Below are positions 30,706-40,711 of a stretch of 64,000 nt of DNA, in pieces. Under the pieces are notes generated by a model. It had not been told where the DNA came from, did no database searches, and worked only from the letters and a program-made list of their open reading frames with translations. Within the stretch, counting starts at the first letter, position 1, and every line of letters starts with the position of its first letter. Location of the stretch: contig OY970067.1 of assembly GCA_963705305.1 (NCBI GenBank), positions 1,696,001 to 1,760,000 on the forward strand. The letters are read 5' to 3'. Source of the DNA: an uncultured Methylomirabilota bacterium. GTDB lineage: Bacteria; Methylomirabilota; Methylomirabilia; Methylomirabilales; 2-02-FULL-66-22. Both the position numbers and the translations under genes were made by a program.

Positions 30706-31214
30706 CCATCGACAGGAAGCCCCCTTTTCCCAAAAGCCCAGGCCGCACTCGGCCCAGACTGTTCACAGGGACTTTGTTCACGATGGGAAAAGAGCCTGGG
30801 CATCCACTCTCTGAAGGCGCGAGAGGTTGGATAGAGAGAGAATCGGCAATCGGAGCATCTGCAGAATTGGCTCTTGTTGCAAGGCAGAACCCTGACGTGT
30901 GGACAGTACCAGCCTGCCGCCTGTGCCTCCAGGAATACGCGGATGCGAAAGACCTGGCAGGATCCTGTCGTCCGCAGAAATCACGCCGCCGGCTTTTCAA
31001 GCCCGTACCCATGATGAGGTCCGCCCAGAATCGATCGCGTCACGACCCCGGTGTCCTGCGGGAGCTCATGGCCTATGGTCGGGGCGGCTGGCACTCCGGG
31101 CGACGGCGCCGGCAGGCCCGGACCGAGACTGGCTGGCCTGCCTCCACGGATTGGTCCACTCTGAGGTTAGTATCCCGCAGGATCCCGCCTGACTGCCGGT
31201 TCACCCGCGCCGGT

Positions 31215-32837
31215 TCAATACGCCAACGCCCAGCCGTCGCGCCGCGGGTCCGATCCGGCCATCAGGAGACCGGTGGCCGGATGGCGCCGGATGATCTCGA
31301 TCGAGCAGGGGCCCTCCAACTCGCCGAGCACCACCACCCGGTGGCCCCGGGCGGCCAGCTCGCGGCGCACCTCCGGCGCAAAGCGGGCCTCCAGGCTGAG
31401 GGCGTCCGGGCACGCGTGAGGGTAATTGGCCTCCTGGCCGGGCTGGCTACTCGACCAGCGGGGCGCCTCGGCCGCCTGCTGGGGATCGAAGCCGAAGTCG
31501 ATCAGGGCCGTCAGGACCTGCAGGTTGATCTGGACCTGGTTATCGCCCCCCGGGGTGCCGAAGACGCCCCAGAGATCCCCGTCCTTGAAGATCATGGGCG
31601 GGTTCATCGTATGCCGGACCCGCTTCCCGGGCTGGAGACGATTGGGATGGCCCGGCTCGAAATGCCAGGGGGCCATGCGGTTGTTGAGGAGGATGCCGGT
31701 CCCCCCGGCGATGACGCCGGAGCCGAAGGCGCTGTTCAGGCTCTGGATGCCGGAGACGGCGTTCCCCTCGCCGTCCACGACGCCGAAGTAGGTCGTGTCG
31801 GTCCCGGCCAAGGGGCCGAGGGTCGGCAGGGGAGGTGCGGCCCGCCGCAGGTCGATTGCGGCCGCAAGCTGCGCCGCATGCGCCTTGGAGAGCACCTCGT
31901 CCAGGGGTGCCGTGAACCGGCGCGGGTCGGACGCGTACCGCTCCCGATCGGCGAAGGCGAGCTTCTTCGCTTCGACCAAGACATGGATGGTATCGGCCGT
32001 CAGGGGGCCCATGGCGGCGAGATCGAAGCACTCGGCGATGTTCAGCTCCTCCAGCAGTACCCAGCCCATCGAGTTCGGCGGGGCCTCCCGCACGGTATGG
32101 CCCCGGTAGGAGACCTCGATCGGCGCTTGCAGTTCGGGGGAAAACTCGGCCAGGTCCTCGGCCGTGACGAGGGCTCCGACCTCCTCGCACCCGGCGGCGA
32201 GTGCCTTGGCAATTCCGCCGCGGTAAAAGTCGCCCGCGCCCGCGGCGGCCAGCGCCTCGAGCGTCCTGGCCAGGGCCGGCTGGAGGATCGGCTCCCCGAC
32301 CGGGGGCGGCGCGCCGCCCCGGAGGAATGTCCGGGCGCTCCGCCGGTCGGCAGCAAGCGAGGTCTGCTGCTCCCCGGCGAAGTGGCGGAAGGCGCGGGTC
32401 GCCCCGAAGCCGTCGCGGGCGTAATGGATCGCGGCCTCGAAGAGCGAGGCCCAGGGCCGGCGGCCGAAGCGGTGGTGCATCGCCCCCCAGGCCCCGACCG
32501 CGCCGGGGGTCTGAAAGCTCAGCGGGCCCTTGAGCGGGATCCCCTCTGCGTAGCGCTCGGGGGTCGCCGCTCGGGGCGCCGGGCCCGTCCCGTTGACGAT
32601 GACGGCCTCGCCGCTTCCGGCCAGGAAGACGTGGTAGAACCCGTCGCCGCCGAGCCCCGACATCATGGGCTCGACGACGCCGAGCGTCGAGGCCACCGCC
32701 ACGGCCGCATCGACCGCGTTCCCGCCCGCCTGAAGCGAGAGAAGCCCGGCCTGCGTGGCCAGCGGATGGTTCGACGCGACGGCGCCGCGCTGTCCCATGA
32801 TCAGTGGTCGGTACGACCGCGTTCCCTCGTACCCCAT
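31215..32837 (-). CDS. ggt: Gamma-glutamyltransferase family (Ntn hydrolase)
   Basis: GGNAVDAAVA, EPMMSGLGGD, autoprocessing site DTTYF, GTPGG, SDPRRDG; no signal peptide. Confidence 0.92.
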   Translation of the reverse strand: MGYEGTRSYRPLIMGQRGAVASNHPLATQAGLLSLQAGGNAVDAAVAVASTLGVVEPMMSGLGGDGFYHVFLAGSGEAVIVNGTGPAPRAATPERYAEGIPLKGPLSFQTPGAVGAWGAMHHRFGRRPWASLFEAAIHYARDGFGATRAFRHFAGEQQTSLAADRRSARTFLRGGAPPPVGEPILQPALARTLEALAAAGAGDFYRGGIAKALAAGCEEVGALVTAEDLAEFSPELQAPIEVSYRGHTVREAPPNSMGWVLLEELNIAECFDLAAMGPLTADTIHVLVEAKKLAFADRERYASDPRRFTAPLDEVLSKAHAAQLAAAIDLRRAAPPLPTLGPLAGTDTTYFGVVDGEGNAVSGIQSLNSAFGSGVIAGGTGILLNNRMAPWHFEPGHPNRLQPGKRVRHTMNPPMIFKDGDLWGVFGTPGGDNQVQINLQVLTALIDFGFDPQQAAEAPRWSSSQPGQEANYPHACPDALSLEARFAPEVRRELAARGHRVVVLGELEGPCSIEIIRRHPATGLLMAGSDPRRDGWALAY

Positions 32838-33079
32838 GGCCTCCCCTTCTATATGCCGGACGAGCATCCGGGCAGCAAAACAATGCCCAATACCAGAAGA
32901 CCCAGGCGCATCCCACCGTAACCCCGATCGAGGTCGAAGCCAAAGCGCCGGATACGTCGCGCCCTCTGCGCTACCCCAAGGGCTGTACTTCGCCGTTCAT
33001 CGCGATCCCCCAGGAAATCCGCTGGTGGGGGTTCCACTCTGGCCGACGATTGGGCGGCACCTCTACCACTGTGTGCGCC

Positions 33080-34217
33080 GTCGTCCGGAGTAGGAAGACC
33101 CAGTTGACCAGGGCAGTGCCGCGATGGTGGAGCTTCCGGAGTTGCCCGACGGTCTTCAGCCACCCGAAGACCTCCTCGACCCGCTTGCGGCACCGCTGGG
33201 TGATCGCGTAGCCAGGGTGGCGCGTCGTCCGGCCGTCCAGGGTGCTCCCGCGGTGGCCATTGAAGTTCTGCGCAACATGGGGGGTGATCTTCAAGCCCCG
33301 GCAGCCCGCCGCGAAGGCGGCGGTGTCATAGCCTTTGTCACCTCCGAGGGTGGCGCGGTGCTCCCCCGGGATGGCCGTCGCGATGGTCAGCGCGGTGGCG
33401 GGCTCGGACGCACCAACCACCTGGGTGGCCAACGCGCCGACAACCAGGCCATGCCGGTTCTCCATCAGGACGTGGCCCCGGTAGCCCAGGATCGCTGCCC
33501 GGCCCCTGCTCGTCCGCACCAACTGCGCGTCGGGATCGGTCGTGGACTGGTGGGTGGCGTTCGTCCGCTTCTCCCCCCGGAAGTCCACCGTCGGGTTCCC
33601 CGGATCATCGTCCGTGGGCGACGTGGGCTGCTCCTTGGGTTTCACGCTCTTGTGGCTGGCCCAGGCTTCCAGGAGGGTGCCGTCCACCGTGAAGTGTTCG
33701 GCCGAGACGAGTTTCGCCTGGCGGGCCTGACTCAGGACGGCGGCGAAGAACGCCTGGGCGATGTCCCCCGGGAAGAGGCGGTCCCGATTCTTCGTGAACA
33801 CGGTCGGATCCCAGATGGGGTCGTCCATGGAGAGGCCGACGAACCAGCGGAACAGTAGGTTTCAGTCGAGCTGCTCCATGAGTTGCCGCTCGCTCCGGAC
33901 ACTGCAGAAGGCCTGGAGCAACAGGGCGCGGAGCAGTTGCTCCGGCGGGATCGAGGGGCGGCCGGTGTAGGAATACAGCAGGGCGAAGCGCGGGGACAGG
34001 GCTTTCAACGCCCGGTCTACCATTGCCCGAATCGGGCGGAGCGGGTGGTCCTGGGGGACCCGCTGCTCCGGTTGAATGTAGCTCCACATCCCGCCGTGCT
34101 GGGTATCGTCGCCGCGCACGCTGTCGCCTCCTGGTGAGAGTGAATGCTCAGGCGCAATATACGCAAAGGCGTTCGCTCGTGACCGACCAAGTTAAGAGTT
34201 TTTCAGCATCCTGCTAG
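33080..34217 (-). mobile_element. IS5-family element, inactivated (in-frame TGA at 33862-33864, 3' end lost)
   Basis: GRPSIPPE, SERQLMEQLD*NLLFRWFVGL, VDGT, GDKGYD, RKRVEEVFGW; terminal sequence CTAG-CAGGATGCTGAAAAA at 34199-34217. Confidence 0.88.
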
Positions 34218-34957
34218 AGCAATGTCCGCCCGCCATCAATCGGGAGCACCGCCCCGGTAATGTACGAGGCCTTGTCGGACAGAAGGAATGCGATCACTTC
34301 GGCGATTTCTTCTGGGCGTCCAACCCGCTTCTGGGGACAGAGGGCCTTCCAACCCTCGAATGCTTGCTCCCCGTACGCGATCCAGTTCATGGGGGTATCC
34401 GTCATGCCCGGACAGATACAGTTCACCCGGATCTTGCGCGGCGCGCCCTCCAGCGCCGCCATGCGAGCCAACTGCATCACTCCGGCCTTCGCCGCGGCGT
34501 ATGCTCCGTGCCCTTCTTTCACGCGCAACGCCATCCGCGAGGCGATATGGACGATCCCTCCCCCTTCGCTGCCCATCGTCTTGAATGCCGCTTTCGTCAC
34601 GTAAAAGGCGCCGGTCAAATTCACGTCCAGGACCCGCTTCCAGTCCGCCGGCTCCAGATCCTCGATCGAGGCGTAGGTCAAAATCCCGGCGCAGTTGACG
34701 ACGACCTCCACCCATCCGAGCCGCTGGCGGGTCGCCGAGAAGGCGTCCTGGACCGAGGACCATTCCGTCACGTCGACATGCTGGAAAGCCCCCGCTCTGC
34801 CCGCGGCCGTCAATTTCTGGACCGTCTCCTTCCCGGCCTTTTCATCAATGTCCAGGACCATGATCTTGGCGCCATACTTCGCCAGCACCTCGCAGGTCGC
34901 CCGCCCAATCCCGGAGCCTCCGCCCGTCACCACGGCCACCTTCCCGTCAAAGTCCAT
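34214..34957 (-). CDS. SDR oxidoreductase
   Basis: TGGGSGIG, NCAG, YAAAK, IDGG. Confidence 0.92.
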   Translation of the reverse strand: MDFDGKVAVVTGGGSGIGRATCEVLAKYGAKIMVLDIDEKAGKETVQKLTAAGRAGAFQHVDVTEWSSVQDAFSATRQRLGWVEVVVNCAGILTYASIEDLEPADWKRVLDVNLTGAFYVTKAAFKTMGSEGGGIVHIASRMALRVKEGHGAYAAAKAGVMQLARMAALEGAPRKIRVNCICPGMTDTPMNWIAYGEQAFEGWKALCPQKRVGRPEEIAEVIAFLLSDKASYITGAVLPIDGGRTLL

Positions 34958-34965
34958 GCGCCTCC

Positions 34966-35769
34966 TCACTTTCCTGTGTGGAACAGTTGCCGAACGGACG
35001 CGATGCCCTCCTCGGCCACCCAGGTCGGATCGCGCCGCGCATACTCGTCATTGAACAATTCCAGGCAGTACCAGCCCGCATACGCCCGGGCCTCGAGCGC
35101 CGACACAATCTTGCGGATTGGTAGCCTTCCCTGACCCGGGAAGACGCGACGATGGCGGCAGAGCGTGATCATGTCGAGCGCGGAGGCCGACGCGTCTGCC
35201 AGATGCACGACTGCGATGCGCTCCACCGGCACGGCGTCCAGCTCCTGCAGCGTGGAACCGGCCAGGCAGAAATGAAACGTGTCCAGCACGATGCCCAGAT
35301 TGTCCGATTCGGCCCGGCGCACGATGTCCCACGCGTCCTGCATGCGGGAGAAGCTTTGTGCCCAGGCAAACAGCTCGTACGCCAACCGCACCCCATGCGG
35401 ACGCGCGAGGTCGCAGAGCTCCCGCAGCTGGGTCGCGGCGACATCCATCGGACCGGCGTCCGTCGCACCGACCACGATAGCGGTGCCGTACCCGTGCCTA
35501 CCCACGAACTCGAAGAACGCTCGGGCGCGATCCAGGGCCGTAGCATATTCCGCCCCCGCCCGGAACTGCCAGTCCCGCAGGGTGAAGACCTCCGGGACCG
35601 CGAGGCCCTGCGCCGCAATACGACCTGCCGCGGCGTGGCTGCCTTCGGGATGGCTGCACAAATCCGATTCCCACACGCCGACGCCTTCAAAGCCAGCGAG
35701 CGAGATGGCGCGGAGCTTCGTTTCGAGTGTTCCCGCCAATGAGGCGCTGTTGATGGCTAAACGGGACAT
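34966..35769 (-). CDS. Sugar phosphate isomerase/epimerase TIM barrel
   Basis: AYE, LDTFH, VHLAD, PGQG, LELFN. Confidence 0.88.
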   Translation of the reverse strand: MSRLAINSASLAGTLETKLRAISLAGFEGVGVWESDLCSHPEGSHAAAGRIAAQGLAVPEVFTLRDWQFRAGAEYATALDRARAFFEFVGRHGYGTAIVVGATDAGPMDVAATQLRELCDLARPHGVRLAYELFAWAQSFSRMQDAWDIVRRAESDNLGIVLDTFHFCLAGSTLQELDAVPVERIAVVHLADASASALDMITLCRHRRVFPGQGRLPIRKIVSALEARAYAGWYCLELFNDEYARRDPTWVAEEGIASVRQLFHTGK

Positions 35770-35796
35770 GAACGACTCACCGTGAGCAAACGCTGG

Positions 35797-36789
35797 TTAT
35801 GGCAAACGATGAGTGGTACCGCCGAGAAATGCCGCCGCGCCGAGGAGGGCGCACGCGGGGTGGACCACCATGGATACCGGAATGCCTTCGAGTAGCGGAC
35901 GCATGCGGCCCTTGGCGAGGAACGCTTCCATGAAAATTTGCCGCTGCCGCAGCCCAAAGACGCTGGGAGCGATTCCGCCCGCGACGCAGACACCGCCGGT
36001 CGCCAGGTGTTTCAAGGCCAAGTTCCCGGCCTCCGCTCCATAGAGCGAGACGAACCAGTCGAGCGTCCGCAAACAGGACGGGTCGGACCTATCCAGCGCA
36101 CGTTTGGTGATCGCGGCGGACGCGTCGTCCTCGCTCCCGAGGCGCTCAAACCATTCCGGGGTGGGAGTGTTCGTGTCCTGCAACACAAACTGGAACAGCG
36201 CTTCGATGCCCGGCCCGGAGACGACGCGTTCCACACTCACGCGACCCAGGCGGACCTGAAGAAACTGGGTCAGCCGCCATTCCTCATCGTTCCGCGGCCC
36301 GAAATCGGTGTGCCCGCCTTCCGTCGCAAACGGATGATACTGATGGCCATCCCAGTGGATGCCGGCCTCACCCAAGCCGGTGCCAGCCGCGATCACCGCC
36401 TTGTTACCGATTGCTGCCGGCCGGCCTACATGCAGCACCACCATATCGGCGGGCTCCAGGGTCAGCACGCCATAAGCGGTCGCCTCCAGGTCATTCAGGA
36501 GGCATACTGTCTCGAGCCCGGCCGCCCGGGCCAGTGAAGCGCCGTCAATGATCCAAGGGAGATTCGTCGCAGTACAGCGATTGCTCTCGACGGGGCCCGG
36601 CACCCCCAGGCATGCCGAGTAGACCTCCTTCGTATGACCATCGAAGAACTGCCGAATCACGTCCTCCAGGCTTTCGAAGGCCCGGCTAGAGTAGGTCTGC
36701 AGGGCCTGAAGCCGGATGGGCGCGTGTGGGTCCATGCTGGCCAGGGCCAGCCGCACGTGCGTACCGCCGATGTCCCCTACCAACAGCAT
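35797..36789 (-). CDS. glk: Glucokinase
   Basis: GDIGGT, TNLPW, LLNDLEA, AGTGLG, EGGH, ERVVSGPG, AGGI, KGRM. Confidence 0.93.
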   Translation of the reverse strand: MLLVGDIGGTHVRLALASMDPHAPIRLQALQTYSSRAFESLEDVIRQFFDGHTKEVYSACLGVPGPVESNRCTATNLPWIIDGASLARAAGLETVCLLNDLEATAYGVLTLEPADMVVLHVGRPAAIGNKAVIAAGTGLGEAGIHWDGHQYHPFATEGGHTDFGPRNDEEWRLTQFLQVRLGRVSVERVVSGPGIEALFQFVLQDTNTPTPEWFERLGSEDDASAAITKRALDRSDPSCLRTLDWFVSLYGAEAGNLALKHLATGGVCVAGGIAPSVFGLRQRQIFMEAFLAKGRMRPLLEGIPVSMVVHPACALLGAAAFLGGTTHRLP

Positions 36790-36803
36790 CGGAGCGTCGG
36801 TCC

Positions 36804-37949
36804 TTACGCAGCCGGCACATCCACCCAGCAGCGCTTCTGATTGCTGGCCAGGATGGCCTCGACCAGGAGAGCGATTCGGTGCGCCTCGAGGAAGGTCGGA
36901 TACTCCGGCGCTGCCGAACCATCGGCGATGCGCGCATAGACGTTTCGCAGCAGGTTCTTGATACCGTCCGGGTACCCTTCGCCATGTCCGCCCGGATAGC
37001 TCGCATAGCCCTTCGCCGCATCCGCGAGCAGGCCGGGGTCTTTGGCCAAGCGTTCATTAGCTTTGTCCCCGTATCCAATCCAAAGGCTGTTCGAATCCTC
37101 CTGCTCCCACCGTAGTGACGCCTGCGCACAATCGACTTCGAACACCAATCCGTTCTTATGACCGGCGCTGACCTGGGAGACGAAAAAGGTGCCCCGGATG
37201 CCGCCGCTGAACTCGAGGAGCACCGCCGCATAATCTTCGGTCTCCACCGGCACCTCGACGGTCGCGCCTGCCCCCGCGTCGGCAAAGGTTTCGACTTCCG
37301 TGACGTGCCGCTGGCGGACGGCATGGACCGGACCGAGGTCCGCGCAAACCCGCACGATCTGCAATCCGGTCACATGCTGGACGAGATCGCACCAGTGCGA
37401 TCCGATGTCCGCCACCGCCCGCGACGCCCCCCCACGTTTCGGGTCAATGCGCCAGTTGTAATCGCGGGCGTAGAGCAACCAATCTTGCAGGTACTGGCCA
37501 TGCACGAGCAGGACCTTGCCGTACCGGTCGGACTGGACCGCCGCCCGGACGTGCTGCGGGAGCGGAAAATACCTATAGCCAAAGTTCACGGCTGCCACCC
37601 GACCAGTCCGCTCGGCCAAGTCGAGCAAGAGCCGAGTCTCGCTGCTGTCCAGCCCAAGCGGTTTCTCGGATATGAGGTGCTTGCCCGCTTCCAGGGCGGC
37701 CCGATTCAACCGGAGGTGCGCATCGTTGGGCGTGCAGTTGTGCACCACGTCGATGCGGGGGTCCTGAATCAGGGCCATGGGGTCTTCATGGACGGTCGGA
37801 ATCGCGAGCGCAGCGGCCACCCGCCGGGCCTTGCCCGAATCCACGTCCGCCACGGCAACGACCTCGGTGCCCGGGAGGCGCCGAATCGCTTCGGTATGTG
37901 CACCCCCCATGAATCCGACCCCGAGGATCCCCGCCCGGATTTGCGTCAT
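36804..37949 (-). CDS. Gfo/Idh/MocA family oxidoreductase
   Basis: GVGFMG, CTPN, SEKP, YLQDW, DIGSHWCD. Confidence 0.92.
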   Translation of the reverse strand: MTQIRAGILGVGFMGGAHTEAIRRLPGTEVVAVADVDSGKARRVAAALAIPTVHEDPMALIQDPRIDVVHNCTPNDAHLRLNRAALEAGKHLISEKPLGLDSSETRLLLDLAERTGRVAAVNFGYRYFPLPQHVRAAVQSDRYGKVLLVHGQYLQDWLLYARDYNWRIDPKRGGASRAVADIGSHWCDLVQHVTGLQIVRVCADLGPVHAVRQRHVTEVETFADAGAGATVEVPVETEDYAAVLLEFSGGIRGTFFVSQVSAGHKNGLVFEVDCAQASLRWEQEDSNSLWIGYGDKANERLAKDPGLLADAAKGYASYPGGHGEGYPDGIKNLLRNVYARIADGSAAPEYPTFLEAHRIALLVEAILASNQKRCWVDVPAA

Positions 37950-37989
37950 GCCTGTCTCCTCTGCATGTATGGCAACAACTGGGTCCCGA

Positions 37990-38961
37990 TTAGGTCCACC
38001 ATGCCGCGCTGGGCGCCTCGCGCATGAGGCAGTCCTTCAGGAACTGCACGGCCCGTCCGAATCCCTCAGAAATCGAAAGCAGCAAGTCCTCGTGCTCGAT
38101 GCTCAGCACGTCGTCGTATCCCGTCAGGCGCAGCGTGCTCAGAATCTGGCGCCACTCGAGCTGGCCGTGCCCATACCCGACCGTGCGGAAAATCCAGGAG
38201 CGATCCCGGGCATTGGCGAGCGGCTTGGTATCGAGCACGCCGTTCCTCGCCGTGTTCTCCGGGTCAATGTACGTATCCTTGGCGTGGACATGAAAGATGG
38301 CATTGGCCGCCGCGAGTGTCTTGATCGCCGCGGTGATGTCGATTCCTTGCCAGAACAAATGGCTTGGATCGAAGTTGGCGCCGATGCAGTCCCCGACGGC
38401 GTGGCGCAATCGGAGCAGCGTCTCGGGGTTGTACACCACGAAACCGGGATGCATTTCGAAGCACAGCCGGCGCACGCCATGGTTCGCGATCAACGCCGCC
38501 TGCTGGGACCAGTAGGGGATCACCTTCTCTGTCCATTGCCACTCCAGGAGCTGCTGGTAATCGGGCGGCCAGGCACACGTGACCCAGTTCGGGAACTGCG
38601 CGGTATCGCTGTCGCCCGGACACCCGGAAAATAGGCAAACGCGATCGATGCCGAGCGCCCCCGCCAGCCGCACGGTCCGGACGAAGGTGTCGTGGTGCGC
38701 CTTGGCCACCTCGGATCGCGGATGGAGCGGATTGCCATGGCAGCTAAGCGCGGAGATGGTTAACCCGCGCGTCTCGATCGCCGAGCGAAAGGCCCGGAGC
38801 TTTCCGGCGTCAGCCAGCAGCTCCTCCGGCTTGCAGTGCGCGTCGCCGGGGTAATTGCCGGTACCGATCTCGACCGCGTCCAATCCGAAACCGGCAATCC
38901 GGTCCAGCGCGGCCTCGAAAGGTTCCGCTCCAAACAGGACGGTTAAGACGCCGAGTTTCAT
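37990..38961 (-). CDS. Sugar phosphate isomerase/epimerase TIM barrel
   Basis: SCHGNPLHP, EMHPG, NFDPSHLFWQG, HVHAKD, SIEHED. Confidence 0.92.
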   Translation of the reverse strand: MKLGVLTVLFGAEPFEAALDRIAGFGLDAVEIGTGNYPGDAHCKPEELLADAGKLRAFRSAIETRGLTISALSCHGNPLHPRSEVAKAHHDTFVRTVRLAGALGIDRVCLFSGCPGDSDTAQFPNWVTCAWPPDYQQLLEWQWTEKVIPYWSQQAALIANHGVRRLCFEMHPGFVVYNPETLLRLRHAVGDCIGANFDPSHLFWQGIDITAAIKTLAAANAIFHVHAKDTYIDPENTARNGVLDTKPLANARDRSWIFRTVGYGHGQLEWRQILSTLRLTGYDDVLSIEHEDLLLSISEGFGRAVQFLKDCLMREAPSAAWWT

Positions 38962-39023
38962 CGCTCTCCTCTCCTGGCCCTTTGGGAAAGCAGCCGGCTC
39001 CAGAGTGCGGCGCGCGGACCCGG

Positions 39024-39845
39024 TCAGCGGGCGAATGCGTCCCGCAGTGCGTCGAGGCAGCGCTTCACGGTGGCTTCGGGATCGAGGTTGAAATCGTGAA
39101 TTTCGACCGACACGTAATCCGTGAAGCCGATCTCGCGCAGAGCTGTCGCCACATCGCGGTAGTCCACCTCGCCTGCGCCTGGCCCCTTCCCCGTTTCATC
39201 ATCTGCGTGGAAATGGCGGAGATCCCCCCGGATGCGACAGATGACCGCTGGAATGGGGTCCTCCTCCCAGGTCAAACTGTACCCATCCAGCATCATGGCA
39301 AAATTGGGATGGCCGACTTCCTCCACGAACCGCAGGGCCTGATCGGCCCGGGTAATGAAATTCGTCTGATTCTCAGAGAGCGGCTCGAAGCAAAAGGTGA
39401 TCCCGTGGTCCTTCAAGCGTTGCAAAAACCGCGGCGCCGCCAGGACGTCTTTGGCGTAGGCCCAGGCATCGCTCGGTGTGACGCCGTCCAGGATGCGCCG
39501 CTGCTTCGGCGAGCCGAACACGAACCGGGTCCCGCCCATCGCGTGGCACAGGTCCACGGCGTGCTCGAGGTACCGCAGAGAGCGCTCGCGCACGGCCGGA
39601 TCGGGATGCGTGATGTGGTATTCGGGCGAGTTTCCCCACACCCAATGCACGCCAACGATCTGGATGCCAGAATCTTTCGCGACCGTCTTGGCCCGCTGCG
39701 CCTCTACCACGGGGACCGCCATGACGTCCTGCCCGATGGTCCAGGGCGCGACCTCGACGCCGTCATAGCCGAGCGCGGCTAACTCGCGGATGGACCCCTC
39801 GAGCCCCCGATGCTTGAGCAGCTCGTTGCACATAGCAAATCGCAT
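39024..39845 (-). CDS. TIM-barrel epimerase (ketose 3-epimerase-like)
   Basis: GYDGVEVAP, FGSPKQR, FEPL, HFHADD, VSVE. Confidence 0.88.
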   Translation of the reverse strand: MRFAMCNELLKHRGLEGSIRELAALGYDGVEVAPWTIGQDVMAVPVVEAQRAKTVAKDSGIQIVGVHWVWGNSPEYHITHPDPAVRERSLRYLEHAVDLCHAMGGTRFVFGSPKQRRILDGVTPSDAWAYAKDVLAAPRFLQRLKDHGITFCFEPLSENQTNFITRADQALRFVEEVGHPNFAMMLDGYSLTWEEDPIPAVICRIRGDLRHFHADDETGKGPGAGEVDYRDVATALREIGFTDYVSVEIHDFNLDPEATVKRCLDALRDAFAR

Positions 39846-39877
39846 GGACGCTCCTCGCCCAGACCTCACCCGATTTG

Positions 39878-40699
39878 TTATCCCTTAACCCCGCCGAAAG
39901 CGAGCCCACCCACGATATGCCGCTGGATGATCAGCGAGAGCAGGATCACCGGCAGCGTGATGAGGGTTGCCGCCGCCGTGAGCGCCCCCCAGTCGAAGCT
40001 CGCATATGACAGGAAGCCAAACACCGCGACCGGCAACGTGCGCGTCTTCTCGTTGGCCAGGACCACGGAATACATGAATGTATTCCAGGACATGATGAAG
40101 GCCAGAATGCCGGAAGCGGCCAAACCCGGCGCGCTGAGCGGGACCGCGATCCGCAAGAACGCCCGCCAGCGGGAGCACCCGTCCACGAGGGCGGCCTCCT
40201 CCAGCTCGATGGGCAGATCCTCAAAGAAGCCGATCATGATCCAGATAATCAGGGGCAGCCCGATTGTGAGATGGCTGAGGATGAGGGCAGTGTAGCCGCC
40301 GATCATCTCCAACTGCGTGAAGATGATGAACCAGGGCACGAGGTAGCTGATGCCGGGCGTGATGCGCGACACGAGCACCGCTAGGGCGAATCCGCGATGC
40401 TTGTACCGGGCGATCGAATACGCGGCGGGAATGCCGAGCAGCAAGCCGATGCCGGCCGATCCAAACCCGACGATCGAGCTGTTCCACAGGAACCGGCCGA
40501 ACGGGTACTCCGAGAAGATCTTGGCGTAGTTCTCGAGCGTCGGCGAAAACAGGAAGAGCGGCGGGACGGCCATGTTCTGGATCTGGTTCTTGAGCGAGGA
40601 GAGCACCATCCAGAAAAACGGAAACAGATAGGCGCCGAGCAGCACGATGACAAATGTATAGAACCCGACCTGCCGGAGAATACGCCTCTTGCCCTGCAT
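39878..40699 (-). CDS. Carbohydrate ABC transporter permease (MalG-like)
   Basis: LPIELEEAALVDGCS, SWN, GLAFGGVKG. Confidence 0.95.
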   Translation of the reverse strand: MQGKRRILRQVGFYTFVIVLLGAYLFPFFWMVLSSLKNQIQNMAVPPLFLFSPTLENYAKIFSEYPFGRFLWNSSIVGFGSAGIGLLLGIPAAYSIARYKHRGFALAVLVSRITPGISYLVPWFIIFTQLEMIGGYTALILSHLTIGLPLIIWIMIGFFEDLPIELEEAALVDGCSRWRAFLRIAVPLSAPGLAASGILAFIMSWNTFMYSVVLANEKTRTLPVAVFGFLSYASFDWGALTAAATLITLPVILLSLIIQRHIVGGLAFGGVKG

Positions 40700-40711
40700 G
40701 TCGTCTCGCCT

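Noticed and set aside
30960..31140. Possible terminal fragment of an integrase-core IS
   Set aside because: Vague resemblance only; no transposase motif or inverted repeat could be shown
30666..32921. Long ORFs 30666-32921(+), 29121-30590(-), 51153-53324(+), 55896-57422(+), 59616-60962(+), 62258-63502(+) and the upstream extension of 54865-57144(-)
   Set aside because: Antisense or alternate-frame shadows of well-supported genes in GC-rich DNA, with no family motifs
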